Assembly (NCBI GenBank): GCA_041168985.1
Contig: JBEEKA010000318.1
Coordinates: 1 to 57,788 of the forward strand
DNA length: 57,788 nt
Direction: 5' to 3'
Source: Pseudomonadota bacterium
GTDB lineage: Bacteria > Pseudomonadota > Gammaproteobacteria > Steroidobacterales > Steroidobacteraceae
Shown: positions 1-8,939 of the stretch, piece by piece
Layout: each line of letters starts with the position of its first letter
Position numbering within the stretch: position 1 is the first letter of the stretch
The notes under the pieces: model-generated
Database searches by the model: none
What the model was told of the DNA's origin: nothing
The model's input: the letters and a program-made list of their open reading frames with translations, nothing else
Position numbers and translations under genes: made by a program

Positions 1-1220
1 TGGGCGTAATACGGGATCTTCGACTCCAGCAGTTCCACGAAGTGCGGCCGCTCCGGGCGTGGCCCGACGAAGCTCATCTCGCCCCGCAGGACGTTCAACA
101 ACTGCGGCAGTTCGTCGATGCGGGTCTTGCGCAGGAAGTTGCCGATCCGGGTCACGCGCGGGTCGTCCTTCTGTGCCCACTGGGGCGCTCCCGCAGCCTC
201 GGCGTCGGAGCGCATGCTGCGGAACTTGAGCAGCTCGAAATGCCGCCCGTCGAAACCCACCCGCACCTGGCGGTAGAGGATCCCTCCCCCCTTCCGGCCA
301 TCCTCCAGCCAGATCAGCAGGGCGGTGACCAGCATGATCGGCGCCGTGATCAGCACCAGCACCAGGCTGGCGACGAAATCCAGGGTCCTCGCCGTGAACC
401 GGCGCAGGAAATCGCGCCGGAACCCTTCGCCGAAGATCATCCAGCTGGGACTCAGGGCATCCAGCAGGATGCGGCCGGATTCCCGCTCCATGAACGTCAC
501 AAGGTCGATGACGTTCAGGCCGGACATCCGGCAGTGCAGCAACTCGCGCACCGGCAGTTTCTTGCGCCGATCATCGAGGGCCACCACGACTTCTTCGACG
601 CCATGCTGGTCGCACAGCGCCTTCAGGCCCGCCGGCGCGAGGAGGATCTGTTCCCCCGTCACGTCATGCAGCGTTTCGTTCTCGGGCGCCACGAATCCGA
701 CGATGTGATAGCCGCGACGATCGCTTCGACGGCGCATGCGGGCGAAGGTCTTCGCCCGGCTCCCGTAGCCATAGACCAGCACCCGGCGCTTCAAGGCCTG
801 TGCATCGACGACCCGCGCAAACACCGCCCGGGTCATCAGCGCGGCGAGAAAGGCAATGGCGCCCGATATGAACAGCACGCCCCGCCCCACCTGCAACTGG
901 GGCACGAGGTACTGCATCACGGCGATCACGGCGGCACTGGCAAGCAGTCCCAGCACGATCCGCAGACCGACCCCGGCCACGTTCGCGCGCTGCCGGACGG
1001 TATAGAGGCCCAGGGCGAGGAAGCTGACGAACGTGACCAGCGCGAACAGGATCGCCCGGGTGGAAATGGGCCCCAGACGCGCTTCGACGGCCGCGACATC
1101 CATGTCCGGGAAACGCAGCCAGACGGCCGCGTAGACCGCTGCACCGAACAGCGCCAACTCGATCAGCGTCAGGAGGATGATCGACGTGTGGAAGTAATGG
1201 CCGAGAACCCGGAATCGCAT
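1..1220 (-). CDS. Polyprenyl-phosphate sugar phosphotransferase (bacterial sugar transferase family, EpsB / PEP-CTERM-locus type priming glycosyltransferase); the C-terminal end runs off the left edge
   Basis: Absent from the ORF track because the frame has no stop inside the window. Hand translation of the minus strand from ATG at 1220-1218 gives [30 protein letters not shown]... (hydrophobic N-terminus). A mid-gene stretch reads ...[14 protein letters not shown]... Near the left edge it reads ...[57 protein letters not shown], the WbaP/EpsB sugar-transferase signature. Confidence 0.85.
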   Translation of the reverse strand, partial: MRFRVLGHYFHTSIILLTLIELALFGAAVYAAVWLRFPDMDVAAVEARLGPISTRAILFALVTFVSFLALGLYTVRQRANVAGVGLRIVLGLLASAAVIAVMQYLVPQLQVGRGVLFISGAIAFLAALMTRAVFARVVDAQALKRRVLVYGYGSRAKTFARMRRRSDRRGYHIVGFVAPENETLHDVTGEQILLAPAGLKALCDQHGVEEVVVALDDRRKKLPVRELLHCRMSGLNVIDLVTFMERESGRILLDALSPSWMIFGEGFRRDFLRRFTARTLDFVASLVLVLITAPIMLVTALLIWLEDGRKGGGILYRQVRVGFDGRHFELLKFRSMRSDAEAAGAPQWAQKDDPRVTRIGNFLRKTRIDELPQLLNVLRGEMSFVGPRPERPHFVELLESKIPYYA

Positions 1221-1261
1221 AGGGCATCAAGTATAGATTCGAACTGACCCGGGCTTATGCG

Positions 1262-1987
1262 TCACCGATCACACTGCCCTGTGCGCTGGAGTCTGCCAAA
1301 CCGGCCGTGCAAGGCGAAAGCGGCGGAATAACCCACTTCGGGCTCGAAGCCTTCCAGCGTCCAGCGACGGGGCGCTTGGGCATCACCGTGCAAACGCGAC
1401 AATCCCTGTCCACCATTTGTAAATTCGACATCGAAGTCCCGGAGGGGAAACGTCAGCCCCCGGCCCAGCGCCTTCACGAAGGCCTCCTTCCGGGTCCAGC
1501 AACCGAAGAAACCCGCGGCACGGGATTCGGTCGGCAGGCGGAAATACGCTTCGTTCTCCGCATCCGAGAAGTAGCGACGGACCAGGGCGTCCTGGTCCCG
1601 CAGTGGGCGGTGACACTCGATATCCACCCCGATCTCGCCTTCTGCGACAACACCGACCAGCAGTCGCTCACCCGAATGCGAGGCGTTGAAGGAAGGCCGT
1701 GCGCCGTCCCCGGACCAGGACAACCCGGGTTTGCCGTGCTGGCTGTACTCGAACCGGATGTGGGACGGCGCGGAGGATCCGATGTAATCGGCAAGGATCC
1801 GTCGCAGCGTGGCGCGGGCCATGACGAACCGTCGTTGGTCTTCCGGGAACCGGAGGCGTCCGGCCCGCCCCATCTCGTCATCGGAGAGCAGCGCAGCCGC
1901 ACGCGCCAGACCTGACTCGTCGGTCTCCAGCCCGTGCAGCTGAAAGTCGACGACGCCCGCAGGCCCCTCGACCCGCCAGCGCCGCAA
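1262..1987 (-). CDS. 4'-phosphopantetheinyl transferase, Sfp/EntD type
   Basis: 241-aa ORF with PPTase motifs GVDIE (EIGVDIECHRP) and WTRKEAFVKALG. The track start is a TTG 9 nt after the clpX stop with no obvious SD, so the start is uncertain. Confidence 0.78.
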   Translation of the reverse strand: MRRWRVEGPAGVVDFQLHGLETDESGLARAAALLSDDEMGRAGRLRFPEDQRRFVMARATLRRILADYIGSSAPSHIRFEYSQHGKPGLSWSGDGARPSFNASHSGERLLVGVVAEGEIGVDIECHRPLRDQDALVRRYFSDAENEAYFRLPTESRAAGFFGCWTRKEAFVKALGRGLTFPLRDFDVEFTNGGQGLSRLHGDAQAPRRWTLEGFEPEVGYSAAFALHGRFGRLQRTGQCDR

Positions 1988-1995
1988 GGGGAGGC

Positions 1996-3312
1996 TCAGT
2001 GTGCCGACCCGCCCGCCCGCCGCGGCTCGTCCGACGCCGTCGCCGGACGCGAATCTTCGGTCTTGTAGACCATGAAGGGCCCGGAATGACCCTGAACGAC
2101 GCCCTCGTCGACGACGACCTTGCTGACGTTCTTGAGGGACGGCAAGTCGTACATCGTGTCGAGCAGGATCGTCTCCAGGATCGTGCGGAGGCCCCGCGCG
2201 CCCGTCTTGCGCTCCATCGCGCGATGGGCCACCGCACGCAGGCCTTCCTCGCGGAATTCCAGCTCAGCGCCCTCCATCTCGAACAGGCGACGGTACTGTT
2301 TCGTCAGCGCGTTCTTGGGCTCCGTCAGGATCGAGATCAGCGCGGCTTCGTCGAGCTCCTCAAGCGTCGCAACGATCGGCAGGCGACCGACGAACTCGGG
2401 GATCAGGCCGAACTTGATGAGGTCTTCCGGCTCGATGTCCTTGAAAAGATCGGTGCCATGCGGACGCTCGTTCACGCCGCGCACTTCGGAGGTGAACCCG
2501 ATGCCACCCTTCTGCGTGCGGTGCTGGATGATCTTCTCGAGGCCGGCAAAGGCGCCGCCGACGATGAACAGGATGTTCGACGTGTCGACCTGCAGGAATT
2601 CCTGCTGCGGATGCTTGCGCCCACCCTGCGGGGGGACGGAAGCCATCGTGCCTTCGATGAGCTTGAGCAGCGCCTGCTGGACGCCCTCGCCGGACACGTC
2701 GCGCGTGATCGACGGGTTGTCCGACTTGCGGGAGATCTTGTCGATCTCGTCGATGTAAACGATGCCCGTTTGCGCCTTTTCGACGTCGTAGTCGCACTTC
2801 TGGAGCAGCTTCTGGATGATGTTCTCGACGTCTTCGCCGACATAGCCGGCTTCGGTCAGCGTCGTGGCGTCGGCGATCGTGAAGGGCACGTTCAGCAGGC
2901 GCGCAAGCGTGTCCGCCAGCAAGGTCTTGCCCGAACCGGTTGGCCCGATCAGCAGGATGTTGCTCTTGGCGATCTCGACATCATCCTTCGCCTTGCCCGC
3001 TGCCCGCGCCTGCAGGCGCTTGTAGTGGTTGTAGACGGCGACGGACAGGGTTTTCTTCGCGCGCTCCTGACCGATGACGTACTCGTCCAGCACGGCCTTG
3101 ATCTCGTGCGGTTTCGGGAGCTTCTCGCGGGAACGCTCGGTCTTGTCCTCGAGCTCTTCGCGGATGATGTCGTTGCAGAGCTCGACGCACTCATCACAGA
3201 CGAAGACGGAGGGACCGGCAATCAGCTTGCGGACTTCATGCTGGCTCTTGCCGCAGAAGGAGCAATACAGGAGCTTGCCGTCGTCGGTCTTGCCGCGCGA
3301 GTCGTCGCTCAT
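1996..3312 (-). CDS. clpX: ATP-dependent Clp protease ATP-binding subunit ClpX
   Basis: 438 aa. It has an N-terminal zinc ribbon (CSFCGKSQ...VCDEC), Walker [19 protein letters not shown] and pore-loop/IGF-type regions. It lies directly downstream of clpP. Confidence 0.97.
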   Translation of the reverse strand: MSDDSRGKTDDGKLLYCSFCGKSQHEVRKLIAGPSVFVCDECVELCNDIIREELEDKTERSREKLPKPHEIKAVLDEYVIGQERAKKTLSVAVYNHYKRLQARAAGKAKDDVEIAKSNILLIGPTGSGKTLLADTLARLLNVPFTIADATTLTEAGYVGEDVENIIQKLLQKCDYDVEKAQTGIVYIDEIDKISRKSDNPSITRDVSGEGVQQALLKLIEGTMASVPPQGGRKHPQQEFLQVDTSNILFIVGGAFAGLEKIIQHRTQKGGIGFTSEVRGVNERPHGTDLFKDIEPEDLIKFGLIPEFVGRLPIVATLEELDEAALISILTEPKNALTKQYRRLFEMEGAELEFREEGLRAVAHRAMERKTGARGLRTILETILLDTMYDLPSLKNVSKVVVDEGVVQGHSGPFMVYKTEDSRPATASDEPRRAGGSAH

Positions 3313-3381
3313 TCAACGCAACCTTTGCCCATGCAGACGGGGCACTGAAATACGGAATCTATATAGCACGGCCAAGCCCTT

Positions 3382-3400
3382 GGGCGCAAAAGCCGCGCCC
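3382..3400 (-). other. Stem-loop in the clpP-clpX spacer (GGGCGC/GCGCCC stem, 7-nt loop); possible attenuator or processing signal
   Basis: Read directly from the sequence: gggcgc aaaagcc gcgccc. No U-tract follows on the minus strand, so it is not a canonical intrinsic terminator. Confidence 0.2.
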
Positions 3401-3448
3401 ACCCCAACTGCTTGTATCAACTGCGGTTTTGGGGCCGGCAGGCCTTGA

Positions 3449-4060
3449 TCAGGTCGCCGCGGCGACGCGCGACTGCAGCACCTTGTCGATCATGCCGTAT
3501 TCGCGCGCTTCCTCGGCGCTCATGAAGTTGTCGCGGTCGGTATCGACCTTGATCTGCTCCATGGACTGGCCGGTATGGTGGGCCAGCACGGCATTGAGCT
3601 TTTCGCGGATCTTGAGGATTTCCCGGACCCGGATTTCCATTTCCGTCGCCTGCCCCTCGGCCCCGCCAAGGGGCTGATGGATCATGATCCGCGAATGCGG
3701 CAGTGCGAAACGCTTGCCCGCGGCACCGCCGGCAAGCAGCACGGCGCCCATGCTCGCCGCCTGGCCGACGCAGATCGTCGACACGGCCGGCTTGATGAAC
3801 TGCATCGTGTCGTAGATCGCCATGCCCGCGGTCACGACGCCGCCCGGAGAGTTGATGTAGAGAGAGATGTCCTTGTCGGGATTCTCGGACTCGAGGAACA
3901 GCAGCTGGGCGACGATCAGGTTCGCCATGTGGTCATCGACCGGGCCTACGGCAAACACCACGCGCTCCTTGAGGAGGCGGGAGTAGATGTCATAGGCCCG
4001 TTCGCCGCGCGCCGTCTGCTCGACGACCATCGGTACGAGGTTCAAGGCGCGCTCATTCAT
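3449..4060 (-). CDS. clpP: ATP-dependent Clp protease proteolytic subunit ClpP
   Basis: 203 aa. It carries ClpP signatures [24 protein letters not shown] (active-site Ser) and [10 protein letters not shown] (His). It sits in the tig-clpP-clpX order. Confidence 0.97.
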   Translation of the reverse strand: MNERALNLVPMVVEQTARGERAYDIYSRLLKERVVFAVGPVDDHMANLIVAQLLFLESENPDKDISLYINSPGGVVTAGMAIYDTMQFIKPAVSTICVGQAASMGAVLLAGGAAGKRFALPHSRIMIHQPLGGAEGQATEMEIRVREILKIREKLNAVLAHHTGQSMEQIKVDTDRDNFMSAEEAREYGMIDKVLQSRVAAAT

Positions 4061-4069
4061 GGCTGATCC

Positions 4070-5374
4070 TTACGACTGGCGACCGAAGCCCGTGACTTCG
4101 GAAAAGGCGGCCGACCTGTCCGTGACCTTGGCGCGCGACACGATGAAGTCGACGGCCTGGTCCTCGAGGACGGAGGTTTCGATCTGGCGCAGGGCATCCG
4201 GATTCTGCATGTACGCGCGGCGCACTTCGTCACCGTTGGGATAGGCCGAAGCCAGCTCATCGATGCGAGCGCTGACGCGGTCGCGATCGATCGTGATGTT
4301 CTCGCGACGGATCAGTTCGCCGACCAGCAGACCGAGGGCCACGCGACGACGCGCGGGCTCGACGAACGGATCGCGCGGCGGCGCCTGCTTCGCATCGCGC
4401 ATGCCCGCCCGCTGCATCATGTCGACCTGCAATTCCTGGACCTGTTCCTCGACCAGCGAGTTCGGCAGATCGACCGGGTTCGCCGCGACGAGGGCGTCGA
4501 ATACCTGCGCACGCAGCTTGCCGCGCACGGCCTCACCGACCTCGCGCTCCATGCTCTTGCGCACTTCCTCGCGCAGCTTGGCCACCCCGCCCTCCGACAG
4601 GCCAAACGACTCCGCGAAGGCGTCGTCGACGTCCGGCAGGACCGGCTCTTCGATCTTCTTCACGGTCAGGTCGAACTCGGCCTGCTTGCCAGCCAGCTCG
4701 GTTGCGCCGTAGGCGTCCGGGAACTTGACCGGCGCAGTCTTCTTCTCGCCCACCGACATGCCAGCCAGCGCCGTTTCGAAATCGGCGATGGCGCGGCCCG
4801 AACCCAGCACGAACGGCGTGTCCGTGCCTTCGCCTCCGGCGAAGGGCGTACCGTCCACGCGCCCGAGGAAATCGGCCCACACGCGATCGCCCGACTGGCT
4901 CGCGCGGCCCGTGACTTCCCGGAACTCCGTGCGCTGCTTGCGCATGCTTTCGATCATTGCATCGACGTCGGCTTCGGTGATTTCAGTCACCGTGCGCTCG
5001 ATGACGATGTCTTCGATCGGCTTCAGCGAGACTTCCGGCATGACTTCGAAGATCGCGGCGAACTTCAGGTCCTGCCCGTCGGAAAGCTCGATCGGTTCGA
5101 TGCGCGGACCACCCGCAGGACGCAGGTTTTCCTTCGTGACCGCCTCCGAATAGCCCTCGCGGATCAACTCCGAGACGGCGTCGCTGCGGACCTGGCCGCC
5201 GAACTGCTGCTTGATGACCTGCATCGGGACCTTGCCCGGACGGAAGCCCTTGAGCGAAGCAGAACGCGACAGCTCGCGCAGGCGGTTTTCGACTTCACCC
5301 GCGACGCGGGAATGGGGAATGGCGACCTCGAGCCTGCGCTCCAAACCGGTGGTCGTCGTCACGGTGAATTGCAT
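4070..5374 (-). CDS. tig: Trigger factor
   Basis: 434 aa. The N-terminal ribosome-binding signature GFRPGKVP is present, the length is typical, and the gene is immediately upstream of clpP. Confidence 0.95.
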   Translation of the reverse strand: MQFTVTTTTGLERRLEVAIPHSRVAGEVENRLRELSRSASLKGFRPGKVPMQVIKQQFGGQVRSDAVSELIREGYSEAVTKENLRPAGGPRIEPIELSDGQDLKFAAIFEVMPEVSLKPIEDIVIERTVTEITEADVDAMIESMRKQRTEFREVTGRASQSGDRVWADFLGRVDGTPFAGGEGTDTPFVLGSGRAIADFETALAGMSVGEKKTAPVKFPDAYGATELAGKQAEFDLTVKKIEEPVLPDVDDAFAESFGLSEGGVAKLREEVRKSMEREVGEAVRGKLRAQVFDALVAANPVDLPNSLVEEQVQELQVDMMQRAGMRDAKQAPPRDPFVEPARRRVALGLLVGELIRRENITIDRDRVSARIDELASAYPNGDEVRRAYMQNPDALRQIETSVLEDQAVDFIVSRAKVTDRSAAFSEVTGFGRQS

Positions 5375-5420
5375 CGTCAGTTACCTCGAAAACCCTGCAG
5401 CGTGTTCTTTGAAAAATCGT

Positions 5421-5505
5421 TGGTGCGAAAGGAGAGACTCGAACTCTCACGGGTTGCCCCGCTGGAACCTAAATCCAGTGCGTCTACCAGTTCCGCCACT
5501 TTCGC
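5421..5505 (-). tRNA. tRNA-Leu (anticodon TAG), long variable arm, encoded CCA
   Basis: Hand-folded from the minus strand: GCGAAAGTGGCGGAACTGGTAGACGCACTGGATTTAGGTTCCAG...GTTCGAGTCTCTCCTTTCGCACCA. The acceptor stem is GCGAAAG/CTTTCGC. Coordinates were cross-checked against the frame of track ORF 5211..5582. Confidence 0.9.
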
Positions 5506-5567
5506 CCCGGCGGTGGGCTGGCAAGTATACCGGAGCCGCGGGACGCGGGTCGGGCAGGAGGGGAAGA

Positions 5568-5643
<76 letters not shown>

Positions 5644-5656
5644 ATTTGAAAATGGG

Positions 5657-5733
5657 TGGGGTGGACGACGGGACTCGAACCCGCGACGGCCGGAATCACA
5701 ATCCGGGACTCTACCAGCTGAGCTACGTCCACC
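5657..5733 (-). tRNA. tRNA-His (anticodon GTG) with extra 5' G(-1)
   Basis: Minus strand reads G-GTGGACGTAGCTCAGCTGGTAGAGTCCCGGATTGTGATTCCGG...GGTTCGAGTCCCGTCGTCCACCCCA. The G-1:C73 feature is typical of tRNA-His. Confidence 0.9.
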
Positions 5734-5757
5734 ATCGACTGCGCAGCAAAGTGAGCC

Positions 5758-5834
5758 TGGCGCGCCCGGCAGGAATCGAACCTGCGACCCTCGGCTTAGA
5801 AGGCCGATGCTCTATCCACCTGAGCTACGGGCGC
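5758..5834 (-). tRNA. tRNA-Arg (anticodon TCT)
   Basis: Minus strand reads GCGCCCGTAGCTCAGGTGGATAGAGCATCGGCCTTCTAAGCCGAGGGTCGCAGGTTCGATTCCTGCCGGGCGCGCCA. Confidence 0.9.
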
Positions 5835-5867
5835 TACGCACCCGGAACTTCGCGCCACTGCCCAGAA

Positions 5868-5897
5868 ATGATACTGCATTCCCACCTGGCATTGCCA
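5868..5897 (-). promoter_or_regulatory. Possible sigma70-type promoter of the tRNA Arg-His-Lys-Leu cluster
   Basis: The minus strand reads TGGCAA (5897-5892), an 18-nt spacer, then TATCAT (5873-5868). This lies about 35 nt upstream of the tRNA-Arg 5' end. The -35 match is weak. Confidence 0.25.
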
Positions 5898-5993
5898 TGC
5901 GATTTGCAGACCACCCTGCGCCCTGTTCCGGCTTGCCTTGCGGCGCGCCCTTTGCAGGGGCCGCGAGTATATACAAATTTCGGCCGAGCGCCA

Positions 5994-6815
5994 CTAACGC
6001 AAAAGAAAGCCCAGATTTCGCAGGGCTTCAACCAGTCGCTCGCGCCCATGCAGCGATCCGGGCGACTTCAGTCGGTTCACGATCGTCCGGGTCCAGGCTG
6101 GCGGATACATCCCTTCGCCGGCCCAGAAATCCGCGAGCACGGCGTCATAGGCGCGCGCCTCCTCCACCTGTACTTCCAGCCGGTATTGCTCGCGATGCAG
6201 GACCGCGGCCTGGGCAAGACGCGGCTTGATGGCGGCCGGCCGAACTGGGTCTTCGTATCCGACGCACATCCCGAAGACCGGAAAGACGCCGCGCGGCAGG
6301 GCAAGTTCGCGTGCCACCTCTTCCGGCTTGTTGCGGATCCCGCCGATGTACACAGTGGACAGCCCCATCGATTCGATTGCGACGGCCGCATTCTGCGCAG
6401 CCAGCGCCGCGTCGATGACGCCCACCATGAGGGCCTCGAGGAATTCGAGACCTTCTGCGACCTCCCCCCGGGAACGCGCCACGGCATCGATGCGCGCCAG
6501 GTCGGCAAGCCAGACCAGGAACAGCGGGGCATCCCGGACATGCGCCTGATTCCCCGACAGGTAGCAGAGCTTCGCCTTGCGCTCGGCATCCTCGACTGCC
6601 ACCACGCTCCAGACCTGGAGGTTGGATGAGGTGGAAGCCGACTGGGCCGCCGCCACCACTGCTTCGAGGCACCCCTCGGGCACCGGCTTCGCCAGATAGG
6701 CGCGTACCGACCGATGACCCATCAGGTGGTCGAGTATTTCATTCGACGGAAAGTGCGCGACGTCGGGCGGACGGCCCCCATATCGGCTGTCGAGGCGAGG
6801 CGGGAGTTGCGGCAT
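5994..6815 (-). CDS. NADPH-dependent nitroreductase-family oxidoreductase (NfsA/FRP-like)
   Basis: 273 aa. Nitroreductase-fold motifs are present (HRSVRAY..., SASTSSNLQ.WS, VYIGGIRN), and the length and layout resemble NfsA. Confidence 0.78.
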   Translation of the reverse strand: MPQLPPRLDSRYGGRPPDVAHFPSNEILDHLMGHRSVRAYLAKPVPEGCLEAVVAAAQSASTSSNLQVWSVVAVEDAERKAKLCYLSGNQAHVRDAPLFLVWLADLARIDAVARSRGEVAEGLEFLEALMVGVIDAALAAQNAAVAIESMGLSTVYIGGIRNKPEEVARELALPRGVFPVFGMCVGYEDPVRPAAIKPRLAQAAVLHREQYRLEVQVEEARAYDAVLADFWAGEGMYPPAWTRTIVNRLKSPGSLHGRERLVEALRNLGFLLR

Positions 6816-6842
6816 GGGGGCTCCGGAATCCAGTATTCGCCC

Positions 6843-7970
6843 ATGATCCCTGAAACGCGCTCAGCCCGCGAACTGCAGGCCCTGCTCGAAGCCGCCGTCG
6901 ATGCCATCATCATGATCGACGGGACCGGCAGCATCCTTGCGCTCAACATCGCAGCCCAGCGCCTGTTCGGATACACCGCGGAAGAGGTCCTGGGCCGCAA
7001 CATCAAACTGTTCATGCCTGCCGCCGTCGCGGCCGAACATGACCAGCACATCGCGCGGTACCTGGCGACTGGGGAAGCACGCGTCATCGGCAGGGGGCGC
7101 GAGGTCGATGCGCTGCGCAGGGATGGAAGCACTTTCCCTGCCCACCTCTCCGTGGGCCACGTTCAGGGCAGCAATCCGCCGCGATTCGTCGGATTCGTCC
7201 ACGACCTGACGCCGCAGCGCGCCGCGGAAGAGGAAAACCAGCAGGCGCAGGCCCGGCTCGCACAGGTCTCGCGATTCGCGGCCATGGGCGAGATGGCCGC
7301 CGGTATCGCGCATGAACTGAACCAGCCGCTGTCGGCGATCGCGATCTATGCGCAGGCCTGCGATCGGATGCTGGACCATCCCGTGCCGGACCTGCCGGAG
7401 ATCCACGCTGCCCTGAAGCAGATATCCGCCCAGGCCCTGCGCGCAGGCGAAGTCATCCGGCGCCTGCGCCACATGGTGAGCAACCGACAGACCGAGCGCG
7501 CCGACCTGCCGGTCAACGACGTGGTCCATGAACTCGCCACGCTCGCGAGCACCGATGTCCGGCACGGCGATGTCGAACTCGCCTTCGACCTGGCACCGGA
7601 CGCGGGCCGCGTGAACATCGATCGCGTACAGATCCAGCAGGTACTCCTGAACCTGCTGCGCAACGCCATCGAAGCCCTGGACGGCACCCCGGCTGAACGC
7701 CGCCGGATCACCGTGGGAACGCGAAGCCTTGCGGACCAGGAGGTCGAGGTCTTCGTCAGGGACAGCGGTCCGGGCGTCACGCAGGAAACCCTGGACCACA
7801 TGTTCGATCCGTTCTTCACGACCAAGCGCAGCGGCACCGGCCTGGGACTCGCCATCAGCCGCACCATTGCACGGTCGCACCATGGCACACTGGCACACCG
7901 TCCCAACCCCGAAGGCGGGGCGGAATTTTTCCTCAGAATCCCCCGTACAGAGGGCGAAGCAGCGACATGA
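6843..7970 (+). CDS. fixL: Soluble PAS-domain sensor histidine kinase, FixL-like (probable heme-PAS O2 sensor)
   Basis: The track ORF starts at 6714 and would overlap the divergent gene, so I trimmed it to ATG 6843. The PAS region AIIMIDGTGSILALN...FMPAAVAAEHDQHIARY...RRDGSTFPAHLSVG aligns by eye with Bradyrhizobium FixL, including the proximal His context. The HisKA H-box is MAAGIAHELNQPL. The HATPase N/G boxes are LLNLLRNAIEA and DSGPG...GTGLGL. No TM segment is present. Confidence 0.85.
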   Translation: MIPETRSARELQALLEAAVDAIIMIDGTGSILALNIAAQRLFGYTAEEVLGRNIKLFMPAAVAAEHDQHIARYLATGEARVIGRGREVDALRRDGSTFPAHLSVGHVQGSNPPRFVGFVHDLTPQRAAEEENQQAQARLAQVSRFAAMGEMAAGIAHELNQPLSAIAIYAQACDRMLDHPVPDLPEIHAALKQISAQALRAGEVIRRLRHMVSNRQTERADLPVNDVVHELATLASTDVRHGDVELAFDLAPDAGRVNIDRVQIQQVLLNLLRNAIEALDGTPAERRRITVGTRSLADQEVEVFVRDSGPGVTQETLDHMFDPFFTTKRSGTGLGLAISRTIARSHHGTLAHRPNPEGGAEFFLRIPRTEGEAAT

Positions 7971-8587
7971 AGACACCTGTCGAGACCGTGATCGTCGTCG
8001 ATGACGACGAGGCCGTACGTTCATCCCTGCGCCTGCTGATGAAGTCAGTCGGCCTTGCCGTGGAGACTTACGGCTCCGCCACGGATTTCCTCGCGGCCTA
8101 CAACGCCGCGGTGCCGGGATGCCTGGTACTGGATGTGCGCATGCCGGGCATGAGCGGACTGGAACTCCAGGAACAGCTGAACCTCAAGGGCGCGATCATT
8201 CCCGTGATCTTCGTGACCGGACACGGCGACGTACCGATGGCCGTCGAAGCCATGCAGCATGGCGCCTTCGATTTCCTGCAGAAACCCTTCCGGGACCAGG
8301 ACCTGCTCGACCGCATACAGCGGGCGCTGGCCAGCGACCGCGATAACCGCGCACAACTGACCCAGAAGGACCAGATCCGCGCACGTCTGGACTCCCTGAC
8401 ACCCCGGGAGCGCGAAGTGCTTCAGCTCATGACGCGCGGGCGCCCCAACAAACTGATGGCCGCGGATCTCGGACTTTCCCAGCGGACCATCGAGATCCAT
8501 CGCGCACGGGTGATGGAGAAGATGCAGGCCGCCTCGCTGGCCCAGCTCGTGCGCATGACGCTGGAGCTTGGAGAAAAGCCGGCCTGA
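7967..8587 (+). CDS. fixJ: Response regulator, FixJ/NarL (LuxR-type HTH) family
   Basis: 206 aa. The receiver has VVDDD, LVLDVRMPGMSG, FVTGHGD and LQKPF. The C-terminal HTH reads LTPREREVL...ADLGLSQRTIEIHR. Its start overlaps the fixL stop (ATGA at 7967-7970). Confidence 0.9.
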   Translation: MKTPVETVIVVDDDEAVRSSLRLLMKSVGLAVETYGSATDFLAAYNAAVPGCLVLDVRMPGMSGLELQEQLNLKGAIIPVIFVTGHGDVPMAVEAMQHGAFDFLQKPFRDQDLLDRIQRALASDRDNRAQLTQKDQIRARLDSLTPREREVLQLMTRGRPNKLMAADLGLSQRTIEIHRARVMEKMQAASLAQLVRMTLELGEKPA

Positions 8588-8602
8588 CCGGCACCCGTCA
8601 GT

Positions 8603-8929
8603 TCAGGCGCAGGCCGTGCACCGCAGGGCGTAGGGCACGGCCTCGAGGCGCGCGGGCGCGATTGCCTTCCCGCAGCTCGCACATTCGCCGTAATGACCTG
8701 CGGCAAGACGCGCCAGTGCCGACTCGATCTCGGAGAGTTCCAGTCGGCCCGAGTCGCCGATTGCACCCAGCACCTCGTCGTTACCGGTCTGGTTCGCCTG
8801 CTCCTCGAAATCCGGGTCCAGCGGTTCGGACTGGTGCCGCATGTCCGCATCGACGCGGCCAACCCGCTGCTGGAGTTCGGCGCGACGCGCCTCCAGCCTG
8901 TCCCTGACGGCGACGGTATCGATCTTCAA
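8603..8929 (-). CDS. TraR/DksA-family C4 zinc-finger protein
   Basis: The C-terminal motif is CASCGKAI-x17-CTAC. The track ORF (to 9121) overlaps the upstream cytochrome gene. An in-frame TTG at 8929 is preceded by AGGAGA with a 6-nt spacer and lies just after the cytochrome stop. This gives a 108-aa protein typical of the family. Confidence 0.72.
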   Translation of the reverse strand: MKIDTVAVRDRLEARRAELQQRVGRVDADMRHQSEPLDPDFEEQANQTGNDEVLGAIGDSGRLELSEIESALARLAAGHYGECASCGKAIAPARLEAVPYALRCTACA

Positions 8930-8939
8930 ATGCGTTCTC

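Noticed and set aside
42-1247. 401-aa plus-strand ORF (and the minus-strand ORFs 664..1230 and 926..1144) covering the left end
   Set aside because: The translations are Arg/Pro/Gln/His-rich low-complexity sequences with no motifs. The opposite strand in another frame encodes a clear sugar transferase that runs off the window edge and is therefore missing from the track. These are shadow ORFs typical of GC-rich DNA.
1999-3348. 449-aa plus-strand ORF antisense to clpX
   Set aside because: It is the mirror frame of an unmistakable clpX, and the product is an Arg/Leu/Asp-rich shadow with no family features.
5887-5900. Sigma54-like TGGCA-N-TGC element (TGGCATTGCCATGC)
   Set aside because: The GG-to-GC spacing is one nucleotide short of the -24/-12 consensus. 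It also points on the plus strand into the 3' end of a convergent gene, so it has no plausible target.
5955-5985. Possible XerCD dif site suggested by the AT-rich TATATA core
   Set aside because: Apart from the AT-rich centre, it does not match the remembered gammaproteobacterial dif consensus arms (GGTGCGCATAA...TTATGTTAAAT). It is more simply explained as a promoter-upstream element.
5646-6629. 327-aa plus-strand ORF running through the tRNA-His and tRNA-Arg sequences and the nitroreductase gene
   Set aside because: Its N-terminus is the reverse complement of tRNA genes, and the rest is antisense to a well-supported NfsA-like CDS.
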